Positions 56,176 to 64,000 of a stretch of 64,000 nt of DNA are shown here, piece by piece (the first letter of the stretch is position 1; every line of letters begins with the position of its first letter). Below the pieces are notes generated by a model that worked only from the letters and a program-made list of their open reading frames with translations, was not told the origin of the DNA and made no database searches. This DNA comes from Eledone cirrhosa. Lineage: Eukaryota. Where the stretch lies: NCBI GenBank assembly GCA_964016885.1, contig OZ024741.1, forward strand, positions 412,300,001 through 412,364,000, written 5' to 3'. The position numbers and the translations under genes were made by a program.

Positions 56176-57668
56176 TGCCCTATCCATATAGGAGGTAGCA
56201 GAGCAGAAGCCAAACAACATAGGCCAGTCTCCCTGACGTCACATATCAGTAAGGTCATGGAGCGAATCGTCAGAAAGAAACTGATCACTTTCCTCGAGGA
56301 AAATGACTGCCTGACTAACACACAGCATGGCTTTCACCCAGGAAGAAGCTGCCTTACACAGCTGCTACATCATTAAGACTGGGTACTGAAACAACTGCTT
56401 GACAGCTCACATGTGGACATGATATATCTGGACTTTGCGAAGGCCTTTGACAAAGTCGACCACGGAATGATATGTCACAAACTACACGGACTCACCATAA
56501 CTAGAAAAGTAGGTGAGTGGCTGCACGACTTCTTAAAGGAGAGAAGCCAGACAGTCACAGCAAACGGGGGCCCTCTCAAAGGAATTATCAATAACAAGTG
56601 GGGTTCCCCAAGGCACAGTCCTGGGACCACTACTGTTTTTGGTGGCTCTCTCAGACATACCCTCTGTAGTACATACAACAACATCCCTCACTAGCTATGC
56701 TGATGACACTAAGGTAGCACAGGCAATCAAAAACCCGGCTGACTCTGCCCTTTTACAACAAGGGCTGTATGCCATATACAAATGGGCAGAAGACAACAAC
56801 ATGCAGTTTAATGCTGGCAAATTCCAAGCGCTACGCAATTCCTGCAAACACAAATACAGTACAACACAGTTACACCGGACCAGGAGGGACCGATATCCCT
56901 GGGTAAAAATCGATATGAGACTTGGGTATAGACATGAGCGATGATGCATCTTTTTCCTCTCACATCATGAAAGTGGCGACAATGTGCAGACGACTCGCTG
57001 GCTGGATCTTGAAGACTTTCCGGACAAGAGACCGAGACACCATGTTGACACTATGGAGGACATTTGTCCTAAGCCGCCTGGACTATTGCTCCCAGTTGTG
57101 GTCACCCCATAGTGTCAAACTAACCACGGAGCTTGAGGCAATCCAGCGAAGCTACACCAAGAGGATTGTGACTATGAAGGAGATAAGCTACTGGGCGAGG
57201 CTAAAAGAACTGAACGTCTACTCCTTGGAATGAAGACGGGAGAGATACGCAGTGATCTACATGTGGAAAATCCTGGAGGGACTAGCACCAAACTTTGGCA
57301 TTGGGAGCTGGACCAACTGCCGAACAGGACGTCATTGTGTGGTGCCAAAGATCCCGTCTTCCATATCTAGAATAAGGAGCAGATATTGCAAAAGTCTGGG
57401 TTTCAAGGACCCTCAACTCTTCAACAAGCTGCCAAGGGAGCTGAGAGATCTCCATGGTGTGGATGTCTTCAAGAAACATGTCGACACCTTGCTATACAAG
57501 ATCCTAGATGAGCCCACAGCAAGGCACGAGGGAAACCTAAGGGCAGCAGCAATGAACTCCCTGTTGCACCAGTGGTCAACCAATACAGGCTGGAGATTAA
57601 ATGTGTAGCAACAAGGGCGGTGCCCCAGCATAGCCTCAGCGCGATGGCTGGAACAGGTAAAAAGAGTA
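56176..57668 (+). mobile_element. CR1-like LINE, 5'-truncated RT plus 3' tail
   Basis: DMIYLDFAKAFDKVDH; GVPQGTVLGPLLF (frameshifted); YADDTK; LDYCSQLWSP; tail ggcggtgccccagcat..tggctggaacaggtaaaaga. Confidence 0.9.
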
Positions 57669-57676
57669 TATATACA

Positions 57677-57742
<66 letters not shown>

Positions 57743-58023
57743 AAGTGTTAAAACGATCAAATTTTAGTTTAGAACATTTATTTGCTGACAATTGTTTCTT
57801 CCAGAAACATGTTACTAAAATCCTATCATTCAGAACATTTAAGATACATAATTGTTATTAGTGTCAAAGGCAGCATGTGGAGAATCAGGAGTTAAAAAGA
57901 TGTTCTGCTTGAAAGAACACAATTACAGGCAGCACTGGTTGGAAGTGTAATAGGTATAAGTAAAAAGCACAAGCAAAAAAACATTGCTTATAAAAGTTAT
58001 AAGCAATGTTTCAACATTCCTTA

Positions 58024-58070
58024 TGCTCCGATGATTCCAGACTTCCCTCTGGAAGAAACAATTGTCAGCA
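58024..58070 (+). ncRNA. Minimal hammerhead ribozyme motif (CCGAUGA variant, palindromic stem III)
   Basis: tgct-CCGATGA-ttccaga cttccc tctggaa-GAAA-caattg-TC-agca-aataaa; within inverted repeat 57738-57805 / 58048-58115. Confidence 0.7.
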
Positions 58071-58461
58071 AATAAATGTTCTAAAGTAAAATTTGATCAT
58101 TTTAACACTTTGTATCTCGGTTCTGTAAAACACTTGAAAACTTGCATTGAGCCTTTTGTCATACCGGTAACCTTCCAGATCATTATATGGAAGGTCATCT
58201 TCAGAGGCTAAGAGAAAGAAAACACAGCGATCTGAAGAAAGTGAAGAAGTTTGGCATGCCCGTCTAGCTGCTAACAGAGCCCAAACAGCTTTAGCAAGAG
58301 CACACAGTTTGGATGAATGGGAACAAAGGACTGCTGCTACTCGAGAACAACAAATTAAGGAACAATAGCAAATCAGACGAAATGCTAATCAAGCACATCG
58401 TTTTACTGCCTGAGCAGAACAAGCCACAAGTAGAATAAACTGGCTGATGGGGGCTTTTTCT

Positions 58462-59640
58462 GATGGGGTTATGTTAGCCATCCGCGGCCGAAACAAAGAG
58501 GAGCCCTTGCATTCTCGTCCATGAGGTGGATTTGTCTTTATGTATGTATATATATATATATATGTATGCATGTGTGTATGTATGTATATGCATGTATGTG
58601 TATGTATGTGTGTGTACGTATGTATATGCATGTATGTGTATGTATGTATGTATGTATATGCATGTATGTGTATGTATGTATGTATATGCATGTATGTGTA
58701 TGTATGTATGTATATGTATATATGTATGTGTATATATGTGTATATGTATATGTATGTATGTATATATGTATATATGTGTGTATGTATATATGTGTGTATA
58801 TGTGTGTATGTATGTATATGTGTGTATGTATGTATATGTGTGTATGTATGTATATGTGTGTATGTATGTATATGTGTGTATGTATGTATATGTGTGTATG
58901 TATATATATATATATATGTGTATGTAAATATGTATGTGTGTGTATATATGTATGTGTGTGTATATATGTATGTGTATATATATATGTATGTGTATATATA
59001 TATGTATGTGTATATATATATGTATGTGTATATATATATGTATGTGTATATATATATGTATGTGTATATATGTATGTATGTGTATATATGTATGTATGTG
59101 TATATATGTATGTATATGTATATATGTGTGTGTATGTATGTATGTATATGTATGTATGTATATGTATGTATGTATATGTATATATACTTATGTATATGTG
59201 TATATGCTTATGTATGCGTATGTATGTATATGTATATTATGTATATATATATGTATGTATGTATATGTATGTATGTATGTGTGTGTATGTATATGTATAT
59301 GGAGGCACATGGCTTAGTGGTTAGAGCATTGGCCTGGCAATCAAATGGTTGTGAGTTCAATTCTCAGACCGGGTGATGTGTTGTTTCCTTGAGCAAGACA
59401 CTTTATTTCACATTGCTCCAGTTTACTCAGCTGTAGAAATGAGATGATAGGGACTGGGGTACCTATCATTCCACTGCAAAGTGGTCGTTGAGGTGCCACG
59501 GCAAAAAAGCACCCAGCACTCACTGTAAATGAGGTTGGTGTTAGGAAGGGCATCCAGCTGTAGAAATCAAATCAGAATCAGTTCCCGTCCCACCCTTGCA
59601 AGCAGGGAAAAAGCGGACTTAAAACGAAATGATGATGATG
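58462..59640 (+). mobile_element. Duplicate of the RTE-leader / microsatellite / SINE family 2 unit (SINE at ~59300-59640)
   Basis: 58462-58545 matches 47703-47790; SINE matches 48775-49104. Confidence 0.88.
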
Positions 59641-59681
59641 TATGTATGTGTACATGTATGTATGTATATGTACGTATGTGT

Positions 59682-59818
59682 ATGAGATGCAGTTTGGTTT
59701 TGTGCCTCTGAAAAGTACAACAGATGCCCTCTTCTTAGTGAGACAACTACAAGAGAGGTTCTTAGAGAAAAATAAGCCACTATACTTAGCTTTGGACATA
59801 GAGAAGGCTTTTGATAGA
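59682..59818 (+). mobile_element. Short RTE RT fragment
   Basis: EMQFGFVPLKSTTDALFLVRQLQE..IEKAFDR. Confidence 0.85.
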
Positions 59819-59954
59819 GAACTCTTATAAATGTCAACATATATATATGTGTGTGTATATATATATATTTTTTTAAACTATATATTTATTACTCCCTTAA
59901 GCAGAAGAAATATATTCCCAGATATCGAAGATTACCACAATAACTAGGGAGCGG

Positions 59955-60190
59955 AAGTCAATAGATGCTGGACATTGCTGCTGAGGGTAGGATGACCTGA
60001 TGAGCTGGCTCCTGTGGTGGATACCTAAACATAGTAAGACCCAAGGGGGATGACTGAGGTTCACCTACATACATCAGATGTCTCTGGATCTCCAGCTGGA
60101 GATTAATGATCTCAGGAATGCCATGAAAAATCGTGACATCTAAAAAAGAAGAGTAGAATTGTTCTGGCCAATCCACCTGACCTAATAAAC
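59955..60190 (+). mobile_element. RTE-like LINE C-terminal remnant
   Basis: AGHCC..FTYIHQMSLDLQLEINDLRNAMKNRDI; aataaa downstream. Confidence 0.5.
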
Positions 60191-60264
60191 AATAATAATA
60201 TTAATATATATTGATGAAAATTAATTATGGTTAAATATCTTAGAAATCATTCTCAGAGGTTTTG

Positions 60265-62275
60265 TATTGTAATCCACACTTGCTCCTTGTGGCTTCTGAT
60301 GCAGACATCATGTCCGCCATCAGGTCCTTCCCAGCTAGCAGCTGCGGAGATGTTGATGGTCTCTGACCAGGCCTCCTCAAGGAGTTGATATCTCCCCTCT
60401 CCGCTGAGGCCGGGCGCCGCCTTCTGAGTGCAATTGTGGCGCTCGCCAATAGGCTCATCCATGGCGCCCTGGACTCTTATGCTCGAGGCCTCTTTTTTTC
60501 GGCCAGCCTCACCGCTCTCAGGAAGAAAGAGGGTGGCATACGCCCCATTGCTGTGGGCAATGTCTTCCGGAGGCTGGCTGCCAAGGTGATCTGCAAGTCC
60601 GTAAAACTCGGAACCGGCATCCAGGGACTCCAGCCACCTCATTGTCAAGTTTGACATGAGGAATGCCTTCAACTCTTTACGCTGGGATCATCTGCTCGAG
60701 GCCTGCCTCAGCCGAGCCCCCTCTGCCTACTTGTCATATGGAGCCCCGAGCATGCGCCTTGCTGCTGATACGGTCATACCCTCGGCTACTGGGATCCAAC
60801 AGGGCAACCCTTTGGGACCCCTCCTGTTCACCCTTGGTATTGACCACATCGCCCGGAGTATAACGGCCCCTCTCAACGTTTGGTATCTGGATGATGCTAC
60901 TTTGGGTGGGCCCGTACAGGCGGTCTGCCATGACCTTCAATCGGTGGTTCCTGCCCTGGCGGGAATCGACCTCCAGGTCAACTCAGCCAAGTCGGAGGTG
61001 GTGAATGTCAGCCTCGATGCTGCAAGCTTTGCAGTCTCCGTCTTGGACGTGCGGTCCATTCTCCGCCAGGTTCAGGTGACCCCCAAAGAGGATGCCCTCC
61101 CCGATCCACCCGCCGGCCATCCGCTCCACCATCAAGTCCAGACTCTCACGAGCCGACTGGGCTTGATTGATGGCCACCCAGTTCTCTTTCTGCTGAGGAA
61201 CGGCTAAGCCATGCCGAAGCTCCTCTATACACTCTGTACTACACCCAGACTTGTATCCGAGCAGCAGCTGATGAGATATGCAACTTTACCTGTCAGGTAT
61301 GGCGGCCTTCGCCTCCAGTCCCCGATCTCACTATCTTTGCCGGCGTATCTTTCGTCGGTAACCTCGTACCACGTCCTCCTCAGCAGGGTTCTTCAAAACA
61401 CAACAGAACCCTCTGTGTTCAGAGAACGCGTGGCCGCCTGTGAGACGTGGGACCGGCTGGGACTTAGCCCAGTAGACGTTCCTCCTCCTTCTCCCACTGT
61501 TAACGTCAAGTCCCCCCAACACACTTGGGATGCCATCCAGTGCAGCCTGGCCTCAGACAGGCTCACGCGCCAGCTCGACCAGCACCGCCTTGTTTGTTTT
61601 CGTGGGGCCTCCAAACCCCACAGTGGGGCCTGGCTCCATGCCCTGCCCTCCTTCTCCACTCGCACGCAGCTAGACAACCATAGCTTGCGCATCGGCGTTT
61701 CCCTGAGGCTCGGCCTCACACCAATGTCGCTGCCGTTCCACCATGGACTCTTTCGGCCTCCACCCGCTTTCCTGTCGCCACAGTGCCAGCCGCAATCCAC
61801 GCCATGCTGCCCTCAACGAAGTCATTAAGCATGGCTTGGACGCTGCAGGCTTCCCTTCCCAGCTCCAGGGGACGGCAAAAGGCCAGATGGCATGACCATC
61901 TTCCCGTTCCGCGGTGGCAAACCCCTCGTCTGGGATGCCACTTGCACCGACACTTTCTGCAGCCGCAACCTGGTGCAGTCTGCGACTGGCCCAGGTTCTG
62001 CTGCACGTCAGGCTGAGGGGGCCAAACTCCTCACATATCGTTCACTCTCCGACAGGTTTGCGGTCGTACCCCTGGAAGTGGAGACTTCTGGTGTCCCCGG
62101 CCCCAGGGCTACCTCCTTACTCACCACCATAGGCGCTGAGCTGGCCAGCCGTAGGTGTGAGCCCCGCGAGTTGGAGTGGCTTTTCCAGCGCGTCTCCCTT
62201 GCCATGCTCCGGGGAAACGCCTTCTCCATTCTGTCCGCCGGGGCTGTGGGTGGGCCCCATCGCGTACCGTTATAG
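60265..62275 (+). mobile_element. CRE-clade non-LTR retrotransposon (RT plus restriction-like endonuclease), frameshifted
   Basis: LTALRKKEGGIRPIAVGNVFRRLAAK; GIQQGNPLGPLLF; WYLDDATL; SGAWLHALP; RPDGMTIFPFRGGKPLVWDATCTDT; GC-rich against the AT-rich background. Confidence 0.92.
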
Positions 62276-63311
62276 TTGTTGAAGAAGAAACAGGGAGACA
62301 ACAACTGGAATGCATACAACACAACTAAATCTCTTAAATAACTTCATTTATATCCAAAATATGATTTGTATATACATCAACAGTGACTCATTATTATACG
62401 CCAGTCACAACCCCACTGCAAAAACGATATCTATACAACAACCCCACCGTAAAACTACTCTTCCCCACTTTACAAACACTTTATATTATTTGTCATTAAG
62501 GTTTCTTAAAATAAATATATATACGTATGTGTAGTAATTAGTACGGGGGCTAAGAGAAGGGACGAGTGTGTCTTGATGGAGGGGCACATGGGACCAGCAA
62601 AGTCCTAAAAGTAGAGACCAGTAAATGAGATAAGGTCCTAGCTATGTTAAGAATATAAATAAGAAACATGTTCTATACATTTAAGACAAGAGAAACATGT
62701 TCTAAACATTTAAGAAATAATTATTTACCTCTTTCATGTCGGTAATATAGCGGTGTTATAAAACTAATTATAACGACCGGTGTTAAAATAGAGAGAGATA
62801 GACAGATAAATGTGTGTCACACTCTCACCCTCTCTTTAAATCTTTTACACTATCTAACTCGTCCTTCTCCCACTCTCTTTACATCTTTTACTCTATCTCC
62901 CTCTTATTTCTATCTGTGTACATATATATATGTGTATGTATGTATCTGTCTATGTGTAACTAGGTGTACTGGAGCAATATGAAGTGAAGTGTCTTGCTCA
63001 AGAAGACATTTTGTGGAGTTATATCATCGTTTCTTGTTATAAAGCTACTTATACTACCGGCGTAACAGTCGCTATAGGTGATAGATGTAGAAATAAAAGG
63101 CTGTAACAGCGATATAAATATAGATGAAATAGTTTACCACGAGACTAAGAATGAATGTTTAATGGAATTAAGTGTAATCTAATAGGAAATAAGAGGCTAG
63201 AGCAGCGAAATGTTTACGTAAAATAAAAGAACAACAAAGAAGAGTGCAACATGGAAATTTTTGTTTTTTTTTGTCGATATAAGCGTTATTTTATGCGCGA
63301 TTTGACTTGCT

Positions 63312-63396
63312 GCCGGCGTTGCTCAGTCAGTAGCAGCCCCGCTTACGAACTTCAGGAGCCAACGACTTTACATGGTTCGAATCTCACCCTCTCCGC
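63312..63396 (+). other. tRNA-like Pol III head (SINE remnant or tRNA pseudogene)
   Basis: ttgctcagtcagtag A-box-like and ggttcgaatct B-box; no convincing full cloverleaf. Confidence 0.45.
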
Positions 63397-64000
63397 TCTT
63401 GTCGAGTTATCTCCTACTCTTTTTACTTAGTTCCAGGTCATTAAAATAGAGCAAAGAGGGCGCGGCGATCGGCATATGCACTGGCTACAATGTTGAACTT
63501 TGGTACTGACTGCGTAGTTGAACGTTCCACATACCAACCGCCCAACTGGCCAGTCAACCGCAAATACGGCTGGCTGGCCGGTTGGGTAGTTGGCATATGT
63601 ACTGGCTACCATGCTGAACATTGTACTGATTGTCAAGTTGAACGTTCTAACCCTCTCTTTACATCTATTACTCTATCTACCGCTTATTTCTCTCCCTCTC
63701 TTTACTTCTATAACTCTATCTCCCACTCTCTTTACATCTATTACAGTGTCTCCCTGTATATATACACGTATATATGCACTAGATTTTATAAGAAATCTAC
63801 GTAATAATATAATTAACAATAGTTGATGAATTAGACCAGAGTTAATTAAACAATAAATATGAATGAAATGGCAGTAGATGGCGAAACTTGAGTGTTGTGT
63901 GTGCATACATATATATGAGGTAAACTGGTTCAAATACTGTCAGGATTATATTGGATCAAAGACTATTAAATAGAAAGTAAAAAATGAAGTGAAAATATAA

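Noticed and set aside
59990-60030. CTGATGAG at ~59997 as a hammerhead core
   Set aside because: No suitably placed GAAA or stems; lies in a LINE coding remnant

Overview
AT-rich, microsatellite-laden eukaryotic DNA; the repeat repertoire suggests an invertebrate, most likely a cephalopod such as Octopus (inference). No intact host protein-coding gene is supportable. The window is a patchwork of decayed transposons: many RTE-clade LINE pieces (one near full length, 44.2-47.8 kb, minus strand), CR1-like, R4/Dong-like, CRE-like and Tx1/L1-like non-LTR fragments, Helitrons (Rep-helicase fossils and non-autonomous TC...CTAG copies), pogo/Tigger, Merlin/IS1595-like and Gypsy remnants, and two tRNA-derived SINE families, several with clear target-site duplications. 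The left end has a short CCCCAA-like tract and a ~1.3 kb field of alternating inverted repeats, then a ~4.1 kb tandem segmental duplication whose modules recur at 50.8-56 kb. The most notable signal, absent from the ORF track, is a dense set of type I hammerhead ribozyme motifs (CUGAUGA...GAAA...UH with paired stems) from several unrelated sequence families. They sit in inverted or tandem repeats resembling Penelope-like element pseudo-LTRs, yet no Penelope ORF is recognisable here. All folds were read by eye and coordinates of decayed elements are approximate.
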